Shown piece after piece: positions 12,003 to 24,257 of a DNA stretch of 64,000 nt. The DNA is from Camelus ferus (taxonomy: Eukaryota). The notes under the pieces are model-generated. The model was not told the origin of the DNA, did not search any database, and saw only the letters and a program-made list of their open reading frames with translations. The position numbers and the translations under genes are program-made. The DNA is taken from the NCBI RefSeq assembly GCF_009834535.1, contig NC_045698.1:5644001-5708000 (forward strand). Reading direction: 5' to 3'. Each line of letters begins with the position of its first letter. Position 1 is the stretch's first letter.

Positions 12003-12489
12003 CCATGACATCTTGCTGTCCCTTCCTGCTGCCCCCCGTCCACACATTACCCTCCAGGAAAGACAAGGGGCGGCCCCTGTCTGAATGATGACGTCAGGAA
12101 CAGGTGACCTTGGGAGTGAGAGGGAAGCTCTTCATCGCCTTCTTCCTGCTCAGACTGTCAGCCCCAGGGCCTGAATGACAGGTCTCCTTTCAGGAGGGTC
12201 CCAGAGAGAGTGGACCTCATGCGGGAAACACAGAGGGTGAGAACACTCACCATCTCCTATAGTGCTTTGCTTCCTCACTTCAAAGGGCAGCTACAATGTT
12301 GATTTTAACATTTAAGTCATAGAACGTGGTATTTCCACACCCTTTTTGTAGGAAACTGAGATAAACAATGGGGTGAGATTTAATGACTTCCATGGAAGTT
12401 ATGAGGATTACCCACATGGCGGCTTCAGAATCAATTTAAACAGAGCTTAGAAAGGCTGAGACGCATGTCAGAAACTTCATATTCTCAAG

Positions 12490-12700
12490 TAGGTGGGCTC
12501 TGAGATGCCCAGACCTGGCCTCAAATTCCAGTCCTGCCTAGTTAGTTAAATGAGCTTGAATGAATTACCACAGCTGATTTCTCCGGTGAAAAATTGAAGT
12601 AGACTGAAATTCAAGGTTATCTGAGAATTAAATATGATACCACATGAAATGTTTCACACAAGACCTGGTAAATATGAAACTCCATAAACGCTATTAACTT
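12490..12700 (+). mobile_element. MIR SINE, degraded
   Basis: gggctctgag...cagacctgg...caaattccagtcctgcc...gagaattaaatatgata...cacaagacctggtaaatatg. Confidence 0.65.
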
Positions 12701-13478
12701 TATAATCCCTTTCACAGTAGCAGTTCTGGGAGACAAGGACAATGGTACGTATTATTATAGAATTAGATGAACACTTTTCTTTCTACAGTCTTCCTGGAAT
12801 CACTGTCAGCTGAGCTATTCCATCTCTAATAAGGAATTCCATTCCTTCAAAAACCAAACTCTAGCTGATGGGAATTTGACACTATTTTCAGCCTTAGGTG
12901 AATATGATGTATTTCTGCGATGCTCAGAATCCTACCTGAGCAAGCCCGCATGGTCTTTCTCTGTAACAAAGTTAGAAATAGTTCACGGGATGTAAAGAAA
13001 TCTCCCTTTAAATACAAAATATTAAAATTGGAAGAAATTTGGGAGATCAGCTCTCTCAGAACACTACTTCTCATGTGAAGAAACGCTCCCTGAACTCCAG
13101 CGTGCTTAGCTCGAAGGGAAACGTGGTTAATCGCCTTCGGTTATGGGAGAGCTGCCCCGCATGGGGGAAGGGCACAGGAGGGTGCGGGGGCAGGAGGGAG
13201 TGGGCAGTCCCAGCTGTCACGACCAGCAAACAGTGGAAGTTTCGCTGGGGCAGCTTCTGGAACAAAGTGGTGCTCTTTGACATCTGGAAAGTTCTCTTCT
13301 AAACATCCTCAAATGACACTTTTCCTCTGTAAACTGTTACATATAATGCAGCTATCAGTGTAAAATAGTTCCCGTATCGTTTCTTTTCTTGCGTGTGAAG
13401 TCTTAAACCCCAACAGCTGCCGTATCAGCCTGTTTCATCTTCATATGTGTTTATAGTGAAGATCAAATGTGGTATCAA

Positions 13479-13513
13479 GGGGGTACAGCTCAGGGGTAGA
13501 GCATTTGACTGCA
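13479..13513 (+). pseudogene. 5'-half tRNA-Cys(GCA) tailless retrocopy
   Basis: gggggtacagctcaggggtagagcatttgactgca matches the first 35 nt of mammalian tRNA-Cys-GCA (1 mismatch vs recalled sequence) and stops at the anticodon; flanking direct repeat caaatgtggtatca / caaatgtgttttca. Confidence 0.85.
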
Positions 13514-14484
13514 AATGTGTTTTCATGTGGCCAGCATTTAGCGGGTACCTAATTAACATTGCCTTAAAAGGAGTTTAAAATCACTGTTTGCAAATCTTAA
13601 TTCAAATTCCTACTCCTCTTTCAAAAAATATTCCTTTCATGATTCTGCAACTTAAAGGGACATAAATTGATTTTCTCAAGTGCCTGAAAATTAGTCACAC
13701 AGGGAAGCACCCAGACAGACCCACATTTTGGAAGAACTGACCAGGTCAAAGGAAAAACTTAAGGGAATCTTACAGGGCAACAGCCTGTTGAAAGTGAAAA
13801 TATCGATTTTACGAACTTTCTTTGGACTTTATACTGCCTACCTGTTACAAAGAGCTGGCAGGTACTAGGAGAATAAGAGTATTTCTTTTTTATTTTTATT
13901 GCATGAGTGTGAGTTGGAATATTACTTTTTAATTTACATTTATTTACCTCAAAAATCTGAGAATTTATCCAACTTTCCTTCCCATTCAAACCAACCCATT
14001 TCTCAATGCAGGCGTCCCAGAAGCCACCAGCTCCGTGACTGCTGCAGTAACCATTTCCTCGCGTGTTACTCTGTGTCATTCCTCACTGCAGGCACTGAGC
14101 CGACGCCCATGCATTTCCTCTCTCTTTTCTTTGCGAGGATCCCGTGAAGTTCTCGTTTGTCTGACCTGCAGCGTTTCCCCTGGGCTGAGGAATGCTGCCT
14201 GCTCTCTCCAGGCACACACAGCTCAACACCCTCCCCTGCCTGTTCTATTTCTGACAGTTTGGCAGCTGGGTCCAGAGACTGAGCCATTTCTGGTCCCATT
14301 CCTTCGGCAACACTGTTGACAGGACCGCGTTCTTCTAACAGGACGCAGTTTATGTCTAATCGTCTCTTTTTTGTGATGGTGGTGCCATTGTTGCTTAATG
14401 CCTGTATCTATTAATCTACTGGGCTTGTAAAATGGTGACACTCCAATTCTATTATTTCTTTTTTATTTATTAGTTAGAATACTG

Positions 14485-15318
14485 TTTTTTATTTTTTAAA
14501 TAACAGTTTATACAATGTACATATATAGAGTAGAACGTGATGTTTTGATATACATATACATAATGAAATGATTACTACTGTCAAGCTGATTAAACTATCC
14601 ATTTCTTCATTCACCTTTTTTGTATGATGAGGTCATCTGAAATCTATTCCCTTAGCAAATTTTCCAGTAAACAATAGAGTATTAAGTCTACCATCGTGCT
14701 GCACATTAGATCTCAAGACTTTATTTGTCCTACCCAGCATCTCCCCATTTCTCCCTCCATCCTGCCCCTGGGCACCACTGTTCTACCCTCTGCTTCTGCA
14801 CATTTGGCTTTTTTAGATTCCACATGTAAGTGAGGTCATGCAGAATTTTTTTCTGTTTCTAGCTTATTCCGCTTAACTTAATGTTCTCTGGGTTCATCCA
14901 TATTGTTGCAAATGATAAGATTTCCTTGTTTTTAAAGGATAAATAATATACCACCATGTGTGTGTCATATTTTCTTTATCCATTCATCAATTGATGGACA
15001 CTTGGGTTGTTTCCGTATCTTATCTACTGTAAATAGCACTGCAATGAGTCTGGGGGAACAGACCTCTAGGAAGTGCTGATTTTATTTCCTTCGTATCTAT
15101 ACCAGGAAGAAAGACTGCTGGATCATCTAGTAGTACTGTTTTTAATCTTCTGAGGGACCTTCACAGCGGCTGTATCAATTTACATTCCTACCAGCAGTGC
15201 GCAAAGGTTTCCTTTTCTCCACATCTTCCCTGACACTTAATATCTGTTGTTTTTTTGATAATAGACATCGTAGCAGAAGTGAGGTGATATCTCATTGTAG
15301 TCTTGATCTGCATTTCAA
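14485..15318 (-). mobile_element. L1MA-type 3' end
   Basis: ttttagattccacatgtaagtgag, ccattcatcaattgatggacacttgggttg, gaggtgatatctcattgtag antisense L1 motifs. Confidence 0.88.
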
Positions 15319-16828
15319 GATTCTTAACTTAATCAAACCTTTTGCCATATAAGGTAGTACTCACATTTTGGGGATTAAGAAGTGGATGTATCTTTGGCAG
15401 TGGTGATGCGTTCGGACTACGACAGCAGCCTACAGAGAGACTTACACCCAACCACGGTCAGTCCCCATTCCCACCCCCAGCCCTAGGCAGCCACTAAACC
15501 TTTTTCTGTCTATACACACATTGTTAGTTTTTAATGATTTAATGCAGAAGAGACATCTTATTGGTAACGACTCTGACACATTATTTAAACACCGAGTTGT
15601 ACACTCTGTGTACTTCTGACTGTGGTCTTCCATCCATTTAAATTAGTTGGTTTGAAATTAGCACATTATTAGATTGTGAAATTACTATACGAAATACAAT
15701 ATAATACATATTAAACTATAACGTCCTTAATCCTTATTTCTAAGGAATAAAAATTTCACACAGTGCCTCCAGACATATAACCAAATGAAGAAGTTTCCCA
15801 GCTATTTTAAATATCTGCAAATATAGGTAAAAGGTAGGCCAATACTTTGGGGTATAAATGTCAATTTTCACTTAGACTTTAGGACAATATCATTGTCTTT
15901 TACGTGTGTATATATATATATACGTGTGTGTGTATTCACCTAAAGCATCATTCAATATCAAGGAGATTTCAATCACAATGACAATTTAGGGTCTTTAAGT
16001 ATGCAGACAAAGACTTACAAATTTTGGCCAAAAAGCCAAAAAAGATTTTTAAAAAATCCTTTCAGAAAGATTCAAGAAAACATAAATTTTAGATACAGTG
16101 TTTCTTCAGTTTATTCAGATTTATTCCATTTTCCAACAGAATAATCCATGTGTAAATCACATTCTTTAGTGTTAAATAATAGGTACAAAGGTCTTATATG
16201 TACTCTTTATAGTCATATCTATGTTTCCTTTTATGTTACATAATTTAGTCTTCCAAGAGCTTTGTTACCTAGGAATTAAGAAGGCAGAGTTTAGCTATTA
16301 CGGCTCACTTCCGTGGTTATTTATTTGTCCATAGTTTACCAAGAAAGAGCAGAAATACCAGATATTTATGGAATTTCACATATTCTGTATTCATGAAGGT
16401 CTGGTGCTTAATTAACATACCTGCACTAGTGACAGAGTGCCTTATCAGGTAGGTTTTAGATTACAAACACTACATCTGATTCTATGCAAGGACATTTTTG
16501 TTCTCTTAGTAAGTCATGCTCATTTTAAAGGGCAGTCTTTTACCTGAGTGTGAACAGCTCCAGCCGCAGTCATGCTATTGTATTAGGGCTGCTGTACCAA
16601 AGTATAACAGATTGACTACTTCAACAATAGAAATTATTATTTCAGAGTCCTGGAGACCAGAAGAATCAGATCAGAAAGTTGACAGCACTGGTTCCTTTTG
16701 AGGTTTGTGAGGGGAAGCTGTTCCACACCTCCCTCCTGGCTCCTGGAGGTTTGCTGGCCATCCTTGGTTTGTAGGAGCAGCACTCCCATCTCTGCCTTCT
16801 TGTCCCATGGTGTGCTCCCTGCATGCAT

Positions 16829-17431
16829 TGTGAATAAAAATTCTGCCTGCCACATCAGTAAACAAAGGCTGTTGCAGCCATCAAGCCATCACATTGCGGC
16901 CGTCAAGCCATCACATTGCGGTCGTCAAGCCATCACATTGCGGTCGTCAAGCCATCACACTGCAGCCAGCCCTGACGGTGAGCCCTGAGGGAGCTTGGGA
17001 TGGAACAGGATGCCCACCAAGCAGCTATCAGCTGCAGCTACCCCTGACAGTGCACCCCTAGCAGAGGGGACTCAGGGTGGGAAAGCACAGGAGACTGACC
17101 CTAGAGAGCTAAGGTGGACATCAAAGGAATGATTTCAATGAGCCCAGACGTTTGCAACTTCGTGTGCATAGAAAACTGCTAAATTCCTTAACTTGAGATA
17201 TCTGGTTTTCTTTAGTTAACAGTAATCGTTTGATGTTCCGACTACCTGGTCTTTGTTGCAAAAATGCCTATATATCCTGGCTCCTCCACCACCTCTTTGA
17301 AGAAGTCTCTTAGAGCCATCGGAGAGGCCGCCTCCCAGGCTGAGGCCGCCTCCCGGGCTGAGTCTTCAGAAAGTTTGCCGAAGAAAACAGAACTCTCACC
17401 TTTTAGGCTGTGCATTGTTTTTTAGTCGACA
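16829..17431 (+). mobile_element. ERV1 solo LTR (family shared with 19545-19899 and 58156-58674)
   Basis: TG...gtcgaCA ends; TATA-like cctatatat; reverse-complement homology to 58156-58674; TSD not recognisable. Confidence 0.85.
16872..16967. repeat. 22-bp tandem repeat x~4.4 inside LTR U3
   Basis: tcaagccatcacattgcgg(c/t)cg units start at 16881, 16903, 16925, 16947. Confidence 0.95.
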
Positions 17432-19544
17432 TTTTCTGTCTCCAAATGGACATTTTGAAAGAACACCAGCCATATTGGATTAGGGGCCACCAATGTGACC
17501 TCGTCATAACTTAACGAATTCCATCTGCAAAGACCCCATTTTCAAATAAGTCACATTCTGAGGTATTGGGGGAAAGGGCTCCAACATGGACTATGGAGGG
17601 ACATAATTCAACCCATGACCACTATTAACAATAGAGCATAGCCTGAGAACTCGCCTCTGTGACCGTCAAGGGCAACTGAAAACAACGGGGAAACCTGCCC
17701 TCCCTGACAGCGCGCCCCGGCACAGCGCCCCACCGCCGTGATCGGTACGCGCGCGGATCCCTTGCGTCCCCACCTCAAGGGGTTTACGTTCTCTGACTTC
17801 TTTTGTCACTCCAGGCTTCCTTTAGGGAAACACAAAATGCCGTGAGCAAGGGTGCTTCCCAATTTCCCGTAGGCTCAGATTGCCCCTGACGTGACTATTC
17901 AGGAATTCTGTCTGCAGACTTCCACTTGGCGTTTCACAATTTCATGCTTGAAGAACCCGCGTATGAAAGGTTGCTTTGCGGAATTAAATTATAACGCTGC
18001 CGTAAATCTCTAATTATATGAAAATGTGCTGCTCTTACCGTCCAATTTTATGAACTTTTAAATACACTCTGTCTAAAACTTTATGGCAATGCTGTCTACA
18101 TCGTGAGCCCTGTTGCACCAAGCTGATTTTGGAATGGAAAAAATTGTGTGAAAATATATGATCTATAAAATATCTTTGTCACGGGTGTAACTCCTCCCTC
18201 ACGTCAGCGCTGCAGTTCTGGCTAAAGATCCTCAGACTCAGACACGTCGAGGGTATAGGCAGAGCACAGATAACTCAGGCGGTACCCAGGGTTGAGTCTA
18301 TTCGGGTGATAGCTCAATGGAAACAGAGATACTTAAGAAAACTAATTAATTTTTAGCCAGTAACAACACTTAAAGGAGATACAGTATGTGAATCTATCAA
18401 TTTTTTTTTCTGCTATAAAAATCCATGTGCTTTTCAAACTTCATCAGTTAGAGCTTATTTTGTAGGTGACTAGATAATGGAGTGAATCTGGTTAGAATTT
18501 CAGGGAGTAAAAAGGGAAAGGAATTACCTGAATTATTACGATGTGAAGGTATATTTAAGTTTCCTTTGATTGGGTGCATAGGTCGGCAATTCACACTGTA
18601 AACACTCTGCTTTTTAATTCACTCACTGAAATAAATGTAGCACACACTGTCAAGGGCAAGGGCTACAATTACCTGGCTTTCGAAAGCGTAGGCCAAAAGC
18701 AGGGATGTAAAATTTAACTCATTTAATAGTCAAACTGCTTTTTTTGGTCATAAAAGTTATATCACCTTCCTAGTTAAGTCAGCCCCTCAAAAATCTCCTG
18801 GCTAGCTGAGCTAAAAAGATGTTGGTTCAGAAATGTGTACGTTTATTTTCTCCTTGATGACAGACTATTTCAAATAGTGCAAAGCTAGATTCTTTTTAGC
18901 CCAAACAGGGGAAAAGTATACATATTTGTAAACCTTTAAATAAATATTGATTTATTAAATTGAATTTTAAAATACATATCAGTGTGTGATGTAATGAAAT
19001 GTAAAATCATCTACCCTGTCTTCATAAAATACGTATGTAGCATCAAGAAGATCAAAACTGTTTTCATCAATTTTTATGAGGACAGACTCTCCAGAAATTC
19101 CAGAACAATAAAACTGTTTCTTAGAGGCTAACGGCCAGTGTGAACAGTAGAAGACAAATGATGATATATTAGTTCAATGCAAAAAATAAATGAAAATCTG
19201 AGTTTTTTTAGATAACATTTTTATCCTGGGCAAAACTCTAGTGTATTCCAAATTTGAGATTACAGTGTTTTAAAAATGAAAAAAAATCTGAAGTGCCAAG
19301 CATATAAATTTGCTGAGAAACCATTCATTCATGTTGTGTATTGATCCCAGGATTGATTTTTTAAAATTAAATATCAAAGTGGATTTGAACTTTTATTTTT
19401 CAGTTATTCATTTTGCAAGCCTGTTTACCAAGACCACTGGCCCCTTTTTTAGTACAAGGAACGGTCCCTGGGAAGTCGTTTCCCACTGGGGACTACACCT
19501 CCAAGCCCGTCTGTGGCTGGTGGGGTGGTGGACCTGTTCCCGCC

Positions 19545-19899
19545 TGTTGGACCGACAGCTCTGAGGGGCGTTCCAAAGAGGTAAGGGAGGAGCCGGTATA
19601 TACAGGTGTTTTTGCTGGAAAAAAAAATGTAGTTGAACATCAGACGATGACTGCTAATCACAAAACAGACATCGTAAGTTAAGGAATTTAGTGCTTTCCT
19701 ATGTGTGGGAAGATGCAAGAATCTGGACTTACTAAAGTCAATCCTTTCATATGCGCCTTCACTATCTAGGGCCAGTCTCCTGCTTTTCTCCATCCTGAGT
19801 CCCTCAGAGTACAGCATCCGGACAGCTGCAGTGGCTGATGACTTTATGGCCACAACATCCTTTGTTTACTGAAGTGGTGGGTGACACTTTTTGTCCACA
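19545..19899 (-). mobile_element. ERV1 LTR, internally deleted copy of the same family
   Basis: gagggaggagcc.g.tatat, agttaa.gaatttagtgcttt, gatgcaaga, ccatcctgagtccc shared with 58156-58674. Confidence 0.8.
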
Positions 19900-20529
19900 A
19901 CAGCAAGGTTAGCAAATACAGAGCCCAGAATCCCTTTCCTGTGTGGCTCCAGGTTCAAATTTGCCAGAGAGAGGAATTCAGTTGCAGTTGGACCCCTGGA
20001 CAGACACAGGTTTCCCAAGGTGTCCTGGTGGCTCTTGGGAACCATCAATTTCACTGCCACTGATGCAACAGGTGGAGGGCGACCCCTGGAGGATCCTCAG
20101 TACTGAGGGAGCTTCTTATCAGATTTTGACCATCACCCACTTCTCAGCCGCCAGCTGACACCAGCGGCAGGTTCCCTGATTTTGTGGAGACATCTAGATC
20201 TTCAGCAATTACATACATTTTAATCTTTTATGAAAACCTTTATACCCAAAATATTTTGCGTGACTTTCTGCTAGCTTTACTGAATGCTAGAAGCCAGGAA
20301 TAAATTTATGTGTGTCAAGCTGTTGAAATTTTAGATGTGCTGGCAAAATGCTCATTCTCCCAATACTCAACATACCTTTTGGCTGTGCTCTTTTTCAAAA
20401 CCCAGCCTTCATTTATATTAATACTTACTGTTTGAATTTTTCTCTGAGCTATAGCCTTACACTTGCTCTGCTAATCTATATCATTTATGGAAAACCTACA
20501 TGTGCTGGTCTCAGACTATCAATAACCAA

Positions 20530-21060
20530 TGTTGCGGTGGGACCAGCCCTTGTGTTTCTTACTATGATGGCAAGATGCCCTTCAGCAGAAAGAAACAGAG
20601 GAAATGGAGATTTATTACTTACAAGACCTAGAAATCACACAGCACACCTAGGGTCGCACAGTGAGGCTGCAGGCGGGGGCGTGGGGGGGGGGACTCATGG
20701 GCTGGGGACTCTGCTTTTATACTGAGGTCCAGAGCGAGGGCTTAGGGTTTCCTGGGCTCCTCTTTATTGGTGAATTTAAAATATAAGAGCAGGAATTTTA
20801 AGTGTGGGAAGAGAGAAAAAGAAAGGAAAGCCAAGCATCCCCAACTGCCAGGTGTCCTAATTAACCAGCATCTCTAGGACAAAGGAGCCCCCATGGAGAA
20901 GGTGGCCTGGCTCTTTATCTAGCCCAGGGGCTGACAACATGTTTATTTCAGACAGCCTTCCTGGAAGGAGGTGCCTCTTTAAAGCAGAGGCCCCTGCGAT
21001 CAAAGCTTAGATCAGGCACTCACATGACAAGAGGAAAAGCCAGCTGTCAGGGCTCACACT
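20530..21060 (-). mobile_element. Old LTR (family unresolved)
   Basis: TG start, antisense poly(A) signal (tttatt) followed by antisense TATA (cttttata), the usual minus-strand LTR layout. Confidence 0.5.
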
Positions 21061-21479
21061 GCACGACTTCACTCCTTAGACGAGGCGCCAGTTCTTGAAA
21101 CACACGTGGCCCTACGTACTTACCTTTCTTAGTTTACAATGTCTTTTCATTTCTGAATATTGATGAGGTAAAGTGCTATCCTATCACTCTCTATAACAGA
21201 CAAAACTAATTTAAGGGAATTATCTGTTTCATTCTCAATCTCCCTTGAGGTAGGTAAGAACAAGAGGAGAAGATGATGGTCTTGTCCATGGGTTTCTCTC
21301 AGATTTCCACTTTCTATTTTACATACCAGAAAAGCAGAGATAGCTCCACAAACCAATATATCTATACATATTGGTTTACAGAAAACAAACAGAGAAGTTT
21401 GTTGCGTGCATTGCATGCATATTGGGGAACACCCCCAATAAATGATGATTTTCAGGTTTGAGTATCAGGGAAGGCAGGA

Positions 21480-22570
21480 CTGTGTGGAGAGTCAATAAAA
21501 GAGAATCAAATACAAATATTTTTGAAATCAATGACAGAGTTCATTAAGTTGCTGAGTACAAAATTAATGTAAAAATCAATAGCTTAACTAAACATAAACA
21601 GCATTTAGTAAATGTATTGGAATGAAACATCCCATTTATTAGACTAATACAAGAACATGAAATAGCTCAATGTAAACTTAAAAAGCATATACACAATGTA
21701 GAGAAATGACTCTTTAAAATGCTACTGAGAGATGCAACAGAAGACAAATGGAAATGTCTATTCTACTCCTGGACTGAAAAAGAAAAGCATTATTGTCAAG
21801 AAGCCAATTTTCATAAATTAGCCTGTACACAGTATTCAGTGAACAGCAATCAATGTATAAGCAATTTTCTTTCGCACATACATAAGCTAAATCTAAGGTT
21901 CTTTGGGAAAACAAGTGTGCAAGAATATGCAGGCCACTTCCAAAATCAAGGAGTAATAATACTGAACTAATTCTACCAGAAATTAAAAATGTAACAGTGA
22001 AGAAAGTGTCAATGATACTGTGTTATATTTTTCCAAGTTGCTAAGAAACTAGACCTTAAATGTTCTATCCACAAAAAAAAAAAAATGATAAATGTGATAT
22101 GATAGAAGCGTTAATTAATGCTTCAGTGGTAATTATATTGCAACATATAAACGTATTGAATCAACCTTTGCATGTCTTAAACTTACACAATATTATATGC
22201 TAATTATATCTTAATAAAAAAAGTAATAGGAAGCAACACTCATTAGAACAGAGTGACACCAGTGCTAGAAGAGAGTGGAACAACCAATAAAACATAATTA
22301 AAAACCTAGAAATAAACTAAAACTCACATATATTTGGTTAAAAAAAATACAGTTTGCCTTTCAAACCAGTGGGAAAATATGGATTATTAAATAAATGTGA
22401 TCAAAACAACTTCCTAGCTGTTTGGAAATGAAACCTGTATCTCTTCCTCACCACTTATACTGAAACAAATTCCAGTTGTATCAAAAATCACTTGAAAAAT
22501 TAAAACCACAGACGTGATATGGTTAAAAAATAATTTTGAAATGGGGAAGGTCTTCCTAATTATTGATCAG
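21480..22570 (+). mobile_element. Old L1M ORF2 fragment with nested L1MA-type 3' end (~22010-22225)
   Basis: agagttcattaagttgctgagtacaaaattaatg, acaaatggaaatgtctattctactcctggactgaa; nested aagttgctaagaaactagaccttaaatgttct...cttaataaaaaaa. Confidence 0.75.
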
Positions 22571-22603
22571 AAGCCTGAAGTAAGAAGACAGGCGGGCTCA
22601 CCC

Positions 22604-23140
22604 TGAAGGGGTTCAGAATGAGCCTCCCCCAAAATGCACCACTTTGCCATTGGCGTTATTTTGAGCTGAAGACAATCAAGGCCTGAAAGACTCAGAAAGA
22701 GCTTTTTATCTGCCTCTTAACTGCCTGAAAGAATGTAGACAGAGGACCTGGTCCAGGAAGAAAACCATCACTAAAGGTGACTACAAAGATAACTACGAAG
22801 TACAGGGTGAGAAGTGTTGAGCCGGGGGAGCTTGGCAGGGCCAAGTTTGTCTCTGTGTGGAAGCACAAACACCTGTTTACCAAGTATTTGCTCTTCCCAT
22901 TGTCCTGCAAATTGTCTTCCTCTCCTTTGTAGTCCCAGAGCACCGCTCCCTTCTTTTTGGTTCAGAACAGCAGATAAGCCTCCATTGCCTGCCTGCCTCT
23001 GGGTCTCATAGTCTTATGGGACTCCCTTACGTAAATAACGAAATTAGTTTTTCTTCTGTTAATCTGTCTTATGTCAATTTAATTATTAGGCCAGCCAAAA
23101 GAACCCAGAAGGGCAGAGGAGAAAAATTTCCTCCTCAACA
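22604..23140 (+). mobile_element. ERV1 solo LTR, MER34-like
   Basis: TG...CA; exact TSD accc (22600-22603, 23141-23144); ttttcttctgttaatctgtcttatgtcaatttaatt typical of MER34 group. Confidence 0.88.
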
Positions 23141-24257
23141 ACCCACATTAAAACAACAGCAGCAACAACAGAAAACAGCACAACAAATGAAAATGTAGAA
23201 ACTGAAAAGAAAGTTTTAAGAAGAGCACATACGAAGAAGAGAAGCATGGAAAATATGTTCAAACAGAGAGAGGGAAACGCTGCCTCCATTTATTCATTGG
23301 AATAAATAAATAAAAATGAATAAAAGCCTTGCGGGAACAAAGAATCCAGGGTAAGGAATGCACATTTTCAGATCTCAGCTTTGCAGCATCAGGACCCAGC
23401 AGGACCACAGCCGTGAGAAGAGGACTGGGCTGATACAGATGAGACCAAAAGGAGGTGGCGAGTGCCCTGGCAATGGGGTTGCAACAGGAGAAAGCTGAGG
23501 ATTGCCGGCAGCATGTTAAAGGATCTTGCAAGTGAAGCACTTTGCGCGCAGGAGAGGACCGAGGAGCGCTGCAACGTGTTCATTTCGGAGAACACGCATG
23601 CGCACTGACGACCTCTGCCTGCTGGCTAGCATGTCCTAGGCGCGGACGCTGCGGTGGAACCTTTTTCCAGGGGTACAGTTTCCAGGCTTCTTTTCTGTTT
23701 TGCTGTGAACTTCCATTTTGAGATCTTGCTATCTGTCTTCCTTGTCTCTAAGAAGTTGAAAGGTTTCTTTCACTCTGACGACCGCTTTGAAGCAGTATTG
23801 CCAGTCTGGGAAATTAAATGCAAAAGCACTGTATGAGGTTGCTCCATAAAGTCTGATAAAGTTTGATAAACTGCATTCATGAATGCAATTAAATTATTGC
23901 ATTTTCAAAATATGATTGCATGTGAAAACCCATCAGAGAAAAGAGCTAAGCAAAAACACCCCCAGCCAATTGCATTGTCCCAAATAATGGTACACCTCTA
24001 AGTTCAGTTGTAGGAACTTCTAGTCCAGTCAATCCACGTGAGCAAATCAGTGGGATGCCACGTGTTCAGCGCTGCAGGAAGCCTAGCAATTTCTGGCACT
24101 CATTTCCAAGGGATAATGGCATAATTTTGGAATTATTGCAACTAGTTATTAAAAACATTGCCCCACCAGGATTTTGCCTCTATAATGTATGGCATAATTA
24201 TTAAAGTGGCAGTATAGCATCCTTCATTAGACTGTGATAACTAAAGTGTTCTTACCA

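Larger units (their letters stand above)
16579..17620 (-). mobile_element. MaLR MLT1 (MLT1C-like) LTR, split by an ERV1 LTR
   Basis: tgtattagggctgctgtaccaaagta ... ggacataattcaacccatgac; near-perfect 5-bp TSD gctat/actat. Confidence 0.8.

Noticed and set aside
13479..13550. Functional tRNA-Cys gene
   Set aside because: Similarity stops at the anticodon; no T-arm/B box and no acceptor-stem partner
16872..16967. CRISPR-like array
   Set aside because: Head-to-tail repeats without unique spacers, inside a mammalian LTR
19449..19853. 134-aa minus-strand ORF
   Set aside because: Lies mostly within LTR sequence; no recognisable protein similarity
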